Positions 45,960 to 55,154 of a stretch of 64,000 bases of DNA are shown here, in pieces; positions within the stretch are counted from its first letter, which is position 1, and each line of letters opens with the position of its first letter. Both the position numbers and the translations under genes were made by a program. This DNA is from an uncultured Candidatus Binatia bacterium (lineage in GTDB: Bacteria; Desulfobacterota; Binatia; UBA9968; JAJDTQ01). The stretch covers positions 2,496,001 through 2,560,000 of the forward strand of contig OZ243916.1 of NCBI GenBank assembly GCA_965213675.1, written 5' to 3'. The notes beneath the pieces are model-generated. The model worked only from the letters and a program-made list of their open reading frames with translations, was not told where the DNA came from and made no database searches.

Positions 45960-47084
45960 CTACGGGCCGGCCTGCACTCGCGTCCCCGTCTCCGCTGACC
46001 GCGCGACGGCATGGAGCACACGCTCGAAACGCAGCGCCACGGCGAAGTCCGGCCACGCGGGCACGTCGTCCGCAATGGCCTGGAGAAAGTTGGCGAGTTC
46101 AATGGTCTTGAGCTCGTTGAAACCCAGTCCGTGGCCCGGCGCCGGGCAGAACTTGCCGTAGCGCTCGTGGGCCGGTCCCGCCAGGATGGTCTTGAACCCC
46201 TGCTCGCCCGCCGGACCCTCGTTCTGGAACAGACGCAGTTCGTTCATGCGTTCCTGGTCCTGAACCAGCATTCCGGCGTCGCCGTGAAGCTCCCACGCCA
46301 AGTGGTTCTTGCGCCCCCAAGCGGTGCGCGACGACGAGATCACTCCGGTCACACCGCTCTCGAAGGCGACCAGCGCGGAGGCAACGTCCTCATTCTCCAC
46401 CGCGAGCCGTTCCCCTTCCGCGGCAGCCGGGCGGGTGGCGTAGTGGATGCGGCAGTCGGCGAGAACGCTGGCGATGTTTCCCAGCAGGCCGTCGGCCATG
46501 CTGACCAGGTGGCACATCATGTCCCCCAACACGCCCATACCGGCCTCGGCCCTGGCCGAGCGCCAGGTCCACGGCAGTTCCGGGTCGGCCTGGTAGTCCT
46601 CGTCGCACACGCCGCGAAAGAACAACGGTCGCCCGATGGCGCCGGAACGGAGCAGCGCGCGGGCGTGCTGGTACAAGGGGTTGCAGGTGTAGGCGTAGCC
46701 GACGATGGTCTTGCCCCTGGCCTTCGCCGCGGCCGCGGCCATGCGTTCGGCCTCGTCCAGGGTCAGAGCCAGGGGCTTCTCGCAGTAGACGTGCTTCCCC
46801 GCCGCCAGCGCGGCCATCGCCATCTCGCAATGGAACTTGTTCGGGGTCGTGATGGAGACGAGGTCGACATCGGGGTCATCCACCACCGCGCGCCAGTCAT
46901 CGGTGGCCTTGTCGAAGCCGCCTTGCGCGGCGTGCCGCTCGGCGACGGCGGCCTGCCGGTCGCACACGGAAATCAAACGCGGCGACAGTGGCGCATCGAA
47001 CACCGCCCGGACGGAGCGGTAAGCGAGCGTATGGCACTTGCCCATGAAGCCCGTGCCGATCAGACCGACTCCGATAGCGCGCAT
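45960..47084 (-). CDS. Gfo/Idh/MocA oxidoreductase (probably an inositol dehydrogenase)
   Basis: GTGFMGKCH, KHVYCEKPL, GVLGDMMCH, PAPGHGLGFNELK. Confidence 0.9.
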   Translation of the reverse strand: MRAIGVGLIGTGFMGKCHTLAYRSVRAVFDAPLSPRLISVCDRQAAVAERHAAQGGFDKATDDWRAVVDDPDVDLVSITTPNKFHCEMAMAALAAGKHVYCEKPLALTLDEAERMAAAAAKARGKTIVGYAYTCNPLYQHARALLRSGAIGRPLFFRGVCDEDYQADPELPWTWRSARAEAGMGVLGDMMCHLVSMADGLLGNIASVLADCRIHYATRPAAAEGERLAVENEDVASALVAFESGVTGVISSSRTAWGRKNHLAWELHGDAGMLVQDQERMNELRLFQNEGPAGEQGFKTILAGPAHERYGKFCPAPGHGLGFNELKTIELANFLQAIADDVPAWPDFAVALRFERVLHAVARSAETGTRVQAGP

Positions 47085-47201
47085 GCCGTCCCTCCACAAC
47101 GCGAACCGATGATTCGTTCATTGTAATGGATGGTCGGACGCGGGCCAAGACGACAAGCCGCGCCTGATCGAACCCTTCTGATCGGTGGGGCACTGTCGCG
47201 G

Positions 47202-47675
47202 TCACCACTTTCGATACGGCAGAAACTTCCCGCTGTAGGTGACGACGACTCGGTCGCCCTTGGGGTCTTCCTCCTTCTGGACGTCCAGCTCGAAGTCGAT
47301 GGCGCTCATGATGCCGTCGCCGAACATCTCGTGGATGATCGCCTTCATCGAGGTGCCGTAGATCTGGGTGATCTCGTGGAACCGGTAGATCAGCGGGTCC
47401 ACTGGAACCGTGCTGTCGAGAGCGCCCTTGGTGGGGATCTCCTGCAGCGCCGAAGCGACCTCGGAGGCCACGCCCTCGCCCAGGCCCACCGCGCCCACCG
47501 CCTTTTGAGCCTCTGCTTCGTCCATGGTTCCCTGTCCCATGAAGGCCGCGGCGACCCAAACCTTGTCCCGGCCCACGGCGGCGGCGATTTCCTGAAAGCT
47601 CAGACCCTTCTCCTTTTTGGCCGCCAGCATGATGTCCCTGGCCTCTTCCCTGCTCATCAGTTTTTCCAATGCCAT
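47202..47675 (-). CDS. cynS: Cyanate hydratase (cyanase)
   Basis: VPVDPLIYRFHE, IHEMFGDGIMSAIDF, GDRVV, GKFLPY. Confidence 0.98.
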   Translation of the reverse strand: MALEKLMSREEARDIMLAAKKEKGLSFQEIAAAVGRDKVWVAAAFMGQGTMDEAEAQKAVGAVGLGEGVASEVASALQEIPTKGALDSTVPVDPLIYRFHEITQIYGTSMKAIIHEMFGDGIMSAIDFELDVQKEEDPKGDRVVVTYSGKFLPYRKW

Positions 47676-47732
47676 GACACTCCCTCCTTGAATTTTAGAA
47701 TAACTTCACGACGGATGGGGGCCGGCCCACCA

Positions 47733-48560
47733 TCAGTTCAGGGCCGGCCGCTCTCCGCTTCGGGCGCCGCTGATCAGGAACCGCAGCACATGGTTCCGGA
47801 TCCTCGTGTACTCGGGCAGTTCGATGACGGACTCCCGCGTGCGTGGACGCGGGATATCGACTTCAATGCAATCGGCAATGCAAGCCTCCGGGCTGTTGGA
47901 CATCAGCGCGATTCGGTCCGACAACAGAATGGCTTCGTCCACGTCGTGCGTGACCATGAAGATCGTATTTTCCGTCGCGCTCCACATGCGCACCAGTTCC
48001 TCCTGGATGACCCCGCGCGTGAGGGCGTCGATCTGCGCGAACGGCTCGTCCAGCAGCAGAATCTTGGGCTCCACGGCGAAGGCCCTGGCCAGGCCCACGC
48101 GCTGGCGCATCCCGCCCGACAGGTACGCCGGCCGCTTGGCCTCGGCTCCCTTCAAACCCATGAGGTCGATATATTTCTGCGTATGCTCGAGAGCTTGCGC
48201 CTTGCCCCAGTCGGGGTGGGCCGCGCGGACCCCGATGCGGATGTTGTCCAGGGCCGACAACCACGGCATCAGGGCAAAGCTCTGGAATACGACCATGCGG
48301 TCGAGCCCGGGGTCGGTGACCTCCCGGCCGTCGAGGATAATGCCGCCCGCCGAAGGCTTCTCGAAACCGGCCATGATGTTGAGCAACGTGCTCTTGCCGC
48401 ATCCGGAGTGGCCGATGGTGCTGATGAACTCCCCGCGCGCGATGCTCAGGCTGACGTCCTTCATGACGCAGAAGGAGTTCGACCGAGCCGTCCAGGAAGA
48501 AGCGCCGGCGGAGTCCCCGAAGTACTTGGTTACGTGGTCGATCTCTAAGAATGCACTCAT
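47733..48560 (-). CDS. Nitrate/cyanate ABC transporter ATP-binding protein (CynD/NrtD-like)
   Basis: GHSGCGKST, LSGGMRQR, LLLDEPF, VTHDVDEA. Confidence 0.95.
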   Translation of the reverse strand: MSAFLEIDHVTKYFGDSAGASSWTARSNSFCVMKDVSLSIARGEFISTIGHSGCGKSTLLNIMAGFEKPSAGGIILDGREVTDPGLDRMVVFQSFALMPWLSALDNIRIGVRAAHPDWGKAQALEHTQKYIDLMGLKGAEAKRPAYLSGGMRQRVGLARAFAVEPKILLLDEPFAQIDALTRGVIQEELVRMWSATENTIFMVTHDVDEAILLSDRIALMSNSPEACIADCIEVDIPRPRTRESVIELPEYTRIRNHVLRFLISGARSGERPALN

Positions 48561-48568
48561 GGCGCTGG

Positions 48569-49468
48569 TTACTCCGCGTAAGTGACGAGCTTGGCCAGGC
48601 GGTTGAAGCCGCTGTCCAGGATGACGCCCACCACGCCCACCACCAGAATCGCGAATATGACCCCGGAGATGTCGAGGTTGTTCCATTCGATCCAGCTCAG
48701 GTAGCCGACTCCCAGCTCGCCCAGGAGCATCTCGGCCGGGACCACCGCCACCAAGGCGCTGCCGAACGATATCCGGAGCCCGGCGACGATGGCGGGGGCC
48801 GCGGCCGGCAGCACCACCATGATGAGCCGGCGAAACCACGAGAGTTGCAACAGGCTGGCAACCCGAAGGTAATCCGTACGCATGGAGTTCACGCCAAAGG
48901 CGGTATTGGCCACCGTGGGCCACAACGAGGCCATGAACACCACAAGTATCGCGGTCATGGTCGGGTTTTGCACCGTGTAGAGAAGCAAGGGCATCCACGC
49001 CAGCGGCGATATGGGTTTGAGTAGCTGGATGAAGGGGTTGAACGCCTCGAACAGGGTGCGCGACAAGCCGATCACCATGCCGATGAGCACCGCCAGCACC
49101 GACGCCGCGGCAAAGCCGATGGCGAAGCGCGTGACCGTATAACGAATCAGGTGAGCGATGCCGTGGTCGTTGGTCCCCTTCTTGTGAAACGGGTCGGACA
49201 ACTCCTCTCCAACCTTCGCCATCACTTCCCACGGTCCCACCAGGCCCTTCACCTTGTCGGGGTTGTGGATATAACGTCCATCCTGGGCACGGACGATGTC
49301 GCCGTTGAATTCCAGGTTCATCAGCTGTTCTTCCGTGAGACCCGTCGGATCGAACGGGGCCCGGACGGTTGCGATGTGCCACGTTGCGACGAAGGTGCCG
49401 GTTACCAACAAGGAAATTATCAGGGAACCGGCCTTCCCCTTGAGCCGCAATAGTAACGAGTGCACCAC
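48569..49468 (-). CDS. Nitrate/cyanate ABC transporter permease (CynB/NrtB-like)
   Basis: QLLKPISPLAWMP, LWPTVANTAFGV, AEML, W.EWNNL; AAGGAG RBS before GTG 49468. Confidence 0.93.
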   Translation of the reverse strand: MVHSLLLRLKGKAGSLIISLLVTGTFVATWHIATVRAPFDPTGLTEEQLMNLEFNGDIVRAQDGRYIHNPDKVKGLVGPWEVMAKVGEELSDPFHKKGTNDHGIAHLIRYTVTRFAIGFAAASVLAVLIGMVIGLSRTLFEAFNPFIQLLKPISPLAWMPLLLYTVQNPTMTAILVVFMASLWPTVANTAFGVNSMRTDYLRVASLLQLSWFRRLIMVVLPAAAPAIVAGLRISFGSALVAVVPAEMLLGELGVGYLSWIEWNNLDISGVIFAILVVGVVGVILDSGFNRLAKLVTYAE

Positions 49469-49479
49469 CGTCTCGCTCC

Positions 49480-50853
49480 TTACATGTTGTGGATGTCGAA
49501 GCTCGCCAGATACGCATCCGGCTTGGCAGGATCGAACACCTTGCCGTTCATCAGCGTATGTTTCGCGTAGGTGCTTCCGTGAGTCTCGTAGCCCTGTTCC
49601 TTGGAAATCCGGCCGCACTCGGATGCCAGATAGACCCGTTCGGCCACCGTCTTGTAATCGAAGTCACTTTTCACGTGTTTCCAGCGCTTCATCTGGGTGA
49701 GGATCCACACGGCCATGGAGTGCCAGGGGAACGGATCGAAATCGATACGATCAGGGACGTTCCTGATGTTGCCGAGCCCGTCGGCGAAGCGGCCCGTCAG
49801 GACCTGCTCCAGCACGATCACGGGCTGGTTCAGATAGTTCTTGGGAGCGATGGCCTTGGCGATGTCCTTGCGGTTACCGGCCTTGGAAGCGAAGTGCGTC
49901 GCATCGACGATGGACCGGAACAGCGCCTGGAAGGTATTGGGATAGGTGGAAGCAAACTCCTGCGAGATGGCGAACGCGCAGCACGGATGTCCATCCCAGA
50001 TCTCCTTGGAAAGCATGTAAATGTAGCCGGCGTTCTCGTACACCGCCCGCTGGTTGAAGGGATCCGGTGCAAGATAGCCGTCCACGTTGCCCGCCTTGAG
50101 GTTCGCTACCATCTCCGGCGGCGGCACCACGCGAATCTGCACGTCCTTGTCGGGGTGCACGCCTCCCTCGGCAAGGTAGTAGCGCAGCAGGTAATTGTGC
50201 ATGGAGTAACGGAAGGGCACACAGAATCGGAAGCCCTTCATGTCCGCGGCGCTCTTCACGCCCTTGTGCTTGTTGTGCAGCGTGATGGCCTGGCCGTTGA
50301 TGTTCTCCACCGCGGGCATCAGGTAGGGAACCTGTTTCGATCCCGCGCCCAAGGTGATGGACAGGGGCATGGGACTGAGCATGTGGGCGGCGTCCACGTC
50401 CTTGTTGATGGCCCAGTCGCGCACCATCGCCCAACCGGCCGCCCTGCGCACCTTGGCGTTGAGTCCGTGCTTCTCATAGAAGCCCATGGGTTCGGCCATG
50501 ATGATGGGCGTGGCGCATGTGATGGGAATGAAGCCCACGGTCAGGTCCTTCTTCTCGATGCCCTTCGCCTTCTCCTGTGCCAGGGCCTTGGCCGTGGCCA
50601 GCGGGAACACCGAGCTCAATACGGCCGCGGCCGTGCCGGAGCCGACGAGCTTCAGAAACTGTCTTCGGGCCATTTCGTTGTGGCCGAACACCGCGCGCAC
50701 CACCGCGCTCTCCACCGCGCGATCAATGATCGCCTCGGTTCCCTGGGCCTCGGTTTCGGCGCCATCGGACCCCTCCGGCTCATGCTGATGGTGCTCCGCG
50801 TGCGACAGATGGCTCTCGGGATCGAATGGATCGTCCAGACCAAATTTCGACAT
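49480..50853 (-). CDS. CmpA/NrtA family substrate-binding protein (CynA-like), Tat signal
   Basis: ARRQFLK twin-arginine motif, GFIPITCATP, HMLSPMP, VVPPPEMVANL, HPCC. Confidence 0.95.
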   Translation of the reverse strand: MSKFGLDDPFDPESHLSHAEHHQHEPEGSDGAETEAQGTEAIIDRAVESAVVRAVFGHNEMARRQFLKLVGSGTAAAVLSSVFPLATAKALAQEKAKGIEKKDLTVGFIPITCATPIIMAEPMGFYEKHGLNAKVRRAAGWAMVRDWAINKDVDAAHMLSPMPLSITLGAGSKQVPYLMPAVENINGQAITLHNKHKGVKSAADMKGFRFCVPFRYSMHNYLLRYYLAEGGVHPDKDVQIRVVPPPEMVANLKAGNVDGYLAPDPFNQRAVYENAGYIYMLSKEIWDGHPCCAFAISQEFASTYPNTFQALFRSIVDATHFASKAGNRKDIAKAIAPKNYLNQPVIVLEQVLTGRFADGLGNIRNVPDRIDFDPFPWHSMAVWILTQMKRWKHVKSDFDYKTVAERVYLASECGRISKEQGYETHGSTYAKHTLMNGKVFDPAKPDAYLASFDIHNM

Positions 50854-50871
50854 CGTTCTGACCTCCACAAT

Positions 50872-50942
50872 AAAAAAAGGCGCCTCTTCCACTCGGGAAG
50901 AAAAGGCGCCTTTGCCCAGCCCTCGGTTGCAACGTTGGAACC
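50872..50942 (-). promoter_or_regulatory. ANTAR-type leader: two small hairpins overlapping an intrinsic terminator
   Basis: Minus strand GGTTCCAACGTTGCAACC, then GGGCAAAGGCGCC, then AGGCGCC-TTTTCTTCCCGAGTGGAAGA-GGCGCCTTTTTTT just before the RBS. Confidence 0.85.
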
Positions 50943-51047
50943 GTCAGGCTCTCCGACTCGATCAAACTTTCAATAACTCCGGCATTCCGCCGCACGGGAA
51001 CGTGCTCAACGGGAAGCCGGGACGGTCATCGTCTACGTGCAAATATA

Positions 51048-51063
51048 AGCAATTGCCGTGCCA
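51048..51063 (-). promoter_or_regulatory. Sigma54 -24/-12 promoter of the cyanate operon
   Basis: Minus strand TGGCACG-GCAA-TTGCT matches the consensus TGGCACG-N4-TTGCW. Confidence 0.9.
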
Positions 51064-51103
51064 CCCCTGAACCACCCCAGAACGCGGTCGCAACCGGCGT
51101 CCG

Positions 51104-51161
51104 TGTATCCGAACCGGGCAACGGACTGCCCAAAATGTTTGCAGTGCCCAAACATCGAGCG
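51104..51161. promoter_or_regulatory. Putative NtrC-like enhancer sites
   Basis: 17-bp TGCCCAAAATGTTTGCA (51127-51143), TGCCCAAACATCGAGCG (51145-51161), TGTATCCGAACCGGGCA (51104-51120). Confidence 0.5.
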
Positions 51162-51225
51162 TTTCCAGGGGGCCGCGGATGCGGCACATCCGGCCATGTG
51201 CGATGAACCGCGGGACACGGCCAGG

Positions 51226-51801
51226 CTACGCCATGTCCGCGGTGACGATCACCGCGCGGGCTATCTCGACCATGGACTTCCGCGTGTCCATGCTCCTCTT
51301 CCGCAGCAGGGCGAAAGCGTCCGCCTCAGACAGACCGTGGCTCTTCATCAGGATGCCCTTGGCGCGTTCGATGTCCTTGCGGACCTCCATGGCATGCTGC
51401 AGTTCCTCGTTCTGACGCCTCAGGGAGCGGACCTCCTCGAAGCGCGAGAGCGCCAACCCGATACACGGACGAAGTTCCTCCCGCCTCAGAGGCTTGATCA
51501 GATACCCCACGATCCCTGCCGCTATCGCCCGATCCACGGTCTCTTGTTCGTAGTGACTGGTAATCAGGACGATGGGGACGGGGCTCTCCTCCATGATCCG
51601 TCGAGCCGCACGGACACCGTCCAGGTCGGCAAGGCCCACGGCCATGAGAACCACGTCTGGCTTCGTCCGCCGAACCAGGGACAGGGAGGACGCACCATCG
51701 GACCCTTGACCGACGATGGTGAACCCCTCTTCGTTCAGGACACGCTCCAGGCGGGTCCGCGAGGGTGAATGATCGTCGATCAGCAAGACACGGCACTTCA
51801 T
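51226..51801 (-). CDS. Receiver-ANTAR response regulator (NasT/AmiR-like)
   Basis: REC-like N-terminus (LLIDD, YLIKP) and ANTAR RKDIERAKGILMK..GLSEADAF.LLRKRSMD. Confidence 0.93.
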   Translation of the reverse strand: MKCRVLLIDDHSPSRTRLERVLNEEGFTIVGQGSDGASSLSLVRRTKPDVVLMAVGLADLDGVRAARRIMEESPVPIVLITSHYEQETVDRAIAAGIVGYLIKPLRREELRPCIGLALSRFEEVRSLRRQNEELQHAMEVRKDIERAKGILMKSHGLSEADAFALLRKRSMDTRKSMVEIARAVIVTADMA

Positions 51802-51860
51802 CGGGCAGCCCTTCAGGAATGCTTTTGCGGTCAGGCGCGAAGGATCTCGCCGCCGGACCG

Positions 51861-51910
51861 CGAGAGGTCTCAAGAGTACTGGAGAGGACTCAAAGGTACT
51901 CAAAAGTACT
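51861..51910. repeat. Five degenerate 10-bp tandem units
   Basis: CGAGAGGTCT CAAGAGTACT GGAGAGGACT CAAAGGTACT CAAAAGTACT. Confidence 0.7.
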
Positions 51911-52117
51911 CAATGGAAAGCAAACTCTGTGCCGTGTCGCTGTCTCTTGTTCGTTCCGTGGACGGGGCCTGATGTTCTGTTTTCAATTTCAGCGATTGCG
52001 CTTATATTATTGGCTAGTGTGGTGTCTGGTTAATTGCCGCTGCCGAGAGGGCGCCAGCCGGTCCAACGCGCCGGCTTCGCCCAACGGTGCACGCACCCGG
52101 CGCGAAAGGAGGAACTC

Positions 52118-53068
52118 ATGAAATCGAGATACTTGTTGTTTGCTGTCGCCGCGTTGATGGCTTCAGGCTTGGCGATGGTCGCCAAGCCTGCCGCCGCGGC
52201 GGGTGAGAAATTCGTCCTGATCAGCCACGCGCCCGACAGCGATAGCTGGTGGAACACCATCAAGAACGCCATCAAGGTGGCGGGCGAGCAGATGGACGTG
52301 ACCGTGGACTACCGCAACCCGCCCACCGGCGATCTGGCCGACATGGCGCGCATCGTCGAACAGGCGTCGGCGGCCAACCCCGCGGGCATCATCGTCACCA
52401 TCGCCGACTTCGACGTGCTCAAGGGACCCATCACGGCCGCGGTGGACAAGGGCATCCCGGTCATCACCATCAATTCAGGCACCAAGAAGCAGTCCGAAGA
52501 CCTGGGCGCGCTGCTGCACGTCGGGCAGCCGGAATACGACGCCGGATTCGGCGCCGGCAAGCAGGCCGCAAAGGCCGGAGTCAAGAAGTTTCTGTGCGTC
52601 AACCACTACATCACCAACCCCGCCTCGGTGGAGCGCTGCCAGGGCTATGCCGACGCCGTGGGCGTGAAGCTCGGCCGCCAGATGATCGACAGCGGACAGG
52701 ACCCGGCCGAGATCAAGAACAAGGTGAAGGCCTATCTCAACAGCAATCAGGACGCCAACGGCATCCTCACGCTGGGTCCGACCTCCGCCCACCCAACCTT
52801 GGCCGCGCTGCGGGAGATGGGACTCGAGGGTGAGGTCCACTTCGCCACCTTCGACCTCTCGGACGAGATCGCCAAGGGCGTCAAGGACGGCACCATCGCG
52901 TTCGCCATCGACCAGCAGCCCTACCTCCAGGGCTATATGCCCGTGGTCATTCTGACGAACCTCGCGCGCTACGGCGTGCTTCCTTCCGGGCACATGAACT
53001 CGGGTCCGGGCTTCATCACCAAGAAGAACATCGCGCTGGTGGAGAAGTACGCCGGCGAATTCCGCTGA
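52118..53068 (+). CDS. Sugar (inositol) ABC transporter substrate-binding protein
   Basis: Signal peptide, SHAPDSDSWWNTIK, GIPVITINSG, AIDQQPYLQGY; AGGAGG RBS. Confidence 0.93.
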   Translation: MKSRYLLFAVAALMASGLAMVAKPAAAAGEKFVLISHAPDSDSWWNTIKNAIKVAGEQMDVTVDYRNPPTGDLADMARIVEQASAANPAGIIVTIADFDVLKGPITAAVDKGIPVITINSGTKKQSEDLGALLHVGQPEYDAGFGAGKQAAKAGVKKFLCVNHYITNPASVERCQGYADAVGVKLGRQMIDSGQDPAEIKNKVKAYLNSNQDANGILTLGPTSAHPTLAALREMGLEGEVHFATFDLSDEIAKGVKDGTIAFAIDQQPYLQGYMPVVILTNLARYGVLPSGHMNSGPGFITKKNIALVEKYAGEFR

Positions 53069-53201
53069 ACGTCATTCACTTCCTCCAGAGAACGTCCTGA
53101 CGGCGGCGGCCAAGCGCTGCCGCCGGCAGGACACGCGTGGATCGGTTGAAACGAGCGGCCTGCAACGGCCTGTCCCGTTTGGAGGCCGCGGAGGAGAGTT
53201 C

Positions 53202-54299
53202 ATGGCCGACGAACGTTTGAAGGAGATGTCATCGCTCCGCCGCGCGATGATACGGCCCGAATTGGGCGCCATCTGCGGCACCATCCTCGTTTTCATATTC
53301 TTTCTGTTGGTAGCGGCCAACACCGGGATGTTCAGCCCGGAAGGGGCCATGAACTGGGGCATCGTCTCGGCCCAGTTCGCCATCATCGCGGTGGGCGCGT
53401 GCCTGCTGATGATCTCGGGCGAGTTCGACCTGTCGGTGGGTTCGATGATCGGGTTTGCCGGCGTCGTCATCGCCATCGTCTCGGTGCAGTGGGGCTTTCC
53501 GGTATGGACCGGCATCGTTCTGGCCTTCGCCATCGCCATCGCACTGGGCGCGCTGAACGGCTGGCTGGTGATCAAGACCGGGCTGCCGAGCTTCATCGTC
53601 ACCCTGGCGTTCCTCTACATCCTGCGCGGGCTGACAATCTTCCTCTCCATCGCCACCACCCGCAAGACCATCATCGGCGGCGTGAAGGAAGCCGCGGCCG
53701 GCGACTGGCTGGCGCCGCTGTTCGGCGGCAAGATCTTCAACGGCCTGTTCGTCTGGCTCGCCGACATGGGCATGATCGAGACCTTCACCCGCGGGCGGCG
53801 GGCGGGCGAGCCCATCGTCGACGGCATTCCCATGCTGATGGTGTGGGCCATCGTGCTGGTCATCGCCGGGCATTGGGTGCTGACCCGCACGAAGTTCGGC
53901 AACTGGATCTACGCCTCGGGCGGCGACGCCCAGGCGGCGCGCTACACCGGCGTGCCGGTGGACCGGGTGAAGATACTGATGTTCATGCTCACCGCGTTCT
54001 GCGCCGCGGTCTTCGCCACCTGCCAGGTGATGGAGTTCGGCTCCGCCGCCGCCGACCGCGGCCTGCTCAAGGAGTTCGAGGCCATCATCTGCGTGGTCAT
54101 CGGCGGCGCGCTTCTCACCGGCGGCTACGGCTCGGTGGTGGGCGCGGCCCTGGGCGCGTTGATATTCGGCGTGGTGCAGCAGGGCCTGTTCTTCACCGGC
54201 GTGGAGAGCAGCCTGTTCCGTGTCTTCCTCGGGCTCATCCTGCTCTTGGCGGTGATCCTCAACACCTACATTCGCCGCATGATCACGGGAGAACGATGA
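53202..54299 (+). CDS. Sugar ABC transporter permease
   Basis: [28 protein letters not shown]. Confidence 0.93.
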   Translation: MADERLKEMSSLRRAMIRPELGAICGTILVFIFFLLVAANTGMFSPEGAMNWGIVSAQFAIIAVGACLLMISGEFDLSVGSMIGFAGVVIAIVSVQWGFPVWTGIVLAFAIAIALGALNGWLVIKTGLPSFIVTLAFLYILRGLTIFLSIATTRKTIIGGVKEAAAGDWLAPLFGGKIFNGLFVWLADMGMIETFTRGRRAGEPIVDGIPMLMVWAIVLVIAGHWVLTRTKFGNWIYASGGDAQAARYTGVPVDRVKILMFMLTAFCAAVFATCQVMEFGSAAADRGLLKEFEAIICVVIGGALLTGGYGSVVGAALGALIFGVVQQGLFFTGVESSLFRVFLGLILLLAVILNTYIRRMITGER

Positions 54300-55117
54300 T
54301 GAGCGAACCACTCGTTGAAATGCGCGACGTCCACACGGACGACGCCTCGCTGATCGAACTGCGGGAAATCGAAAAGCACTTCGGCGCGGTCATCGCCCTG
54401 GCGGGGGTGTCCGTGGCAGTGTACGCGGGGGAGTGCCACTGCCTCCTCGGCGACAACGGCGCCGGCAAATCCACGTTCATCAAGACCATGGCCGGGGTGC
54501 ACAAGCCCACCCGCGGGCAGATCTTCATGGGCGGCAAGCCCGTGAACTTCGAAAGCCCGCGGGACGCCATGATGTCCGGCATCGCCACCGTGTACCAGGA
54601 CCTGGCGATGATCCCGCTCATGTCGGTGACGCGCAACTTCTGGATGGGGCGCGAACCCACCAAGGGCTGGGGGCCGTTCCAATACATCGACTTCAAGCAT
54701 GCCAACGAAGTCACCATGACGCGGATGGCGGAGATGGGCATTCGCCTGCGCGAGCCCACCCAGGCGGTGGGGACGCTCTCGGGCGGCGAGCGCCAGACCG
54801 TGGCCATCGCCCGGGCGGTGTATTTCGGGGCGAAGATTCTGATCCTGGACGAGCCCACGTCGGCGTTGGGCGTGCGCCAGACTTCCAATGTCCTGGCCAC
54901 CATCGACCGCGTGCGCAAGGCCGGCATCGGCGTGGTATTCATTACCCACAACGTGCGCCACGCCATGGCGGTGGGCGACCGCTACACCGTGCTGAACCGG
55001 GGCACCACCCTGGGCACGGCCTTGCGCGGGGAAATCCAGGCCGATGAGCTTCAGGACATGATGGCGGGCGGCCAGGAGCTGGCGCAACTCGAGGGCTCCC
55101 TGGGAGGCACCGTATGA
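54296..55117 (+). CDS. Sugar ABC transporter ATP-binding protein
   Basis: [23 protein letters not shown]; ATGA overlap with the permease. Confidence 0.95.
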   Translation: MMSEPLVEMRDVHTDDASLIELREIEKHFGAVIALAGVSVAVYAGECHCLLGDNGAGKSTFIKTMAGVHKPTRGQIFMGGKPVNFESPRDAMMSGIATVYQDLAMIPLMSVTRNFWMGREPTKGWGPFQYIDFKHANEVTMTRMAEMGIRLREPTQAVGTLSGGERQTVAIARAVYFGAKILILDEPTSALGVRQTSNVLATIDRVRKAGIGVVFITHNVRHAMAVGDRYTVLNRGTTLGTALRGEIQADELQDMMAGGQELAQLEGSLGGTV

Positions 55118-55154
55118 AAAGGACCCGCGCACGGCGCGTGAAACGGATCACCGC

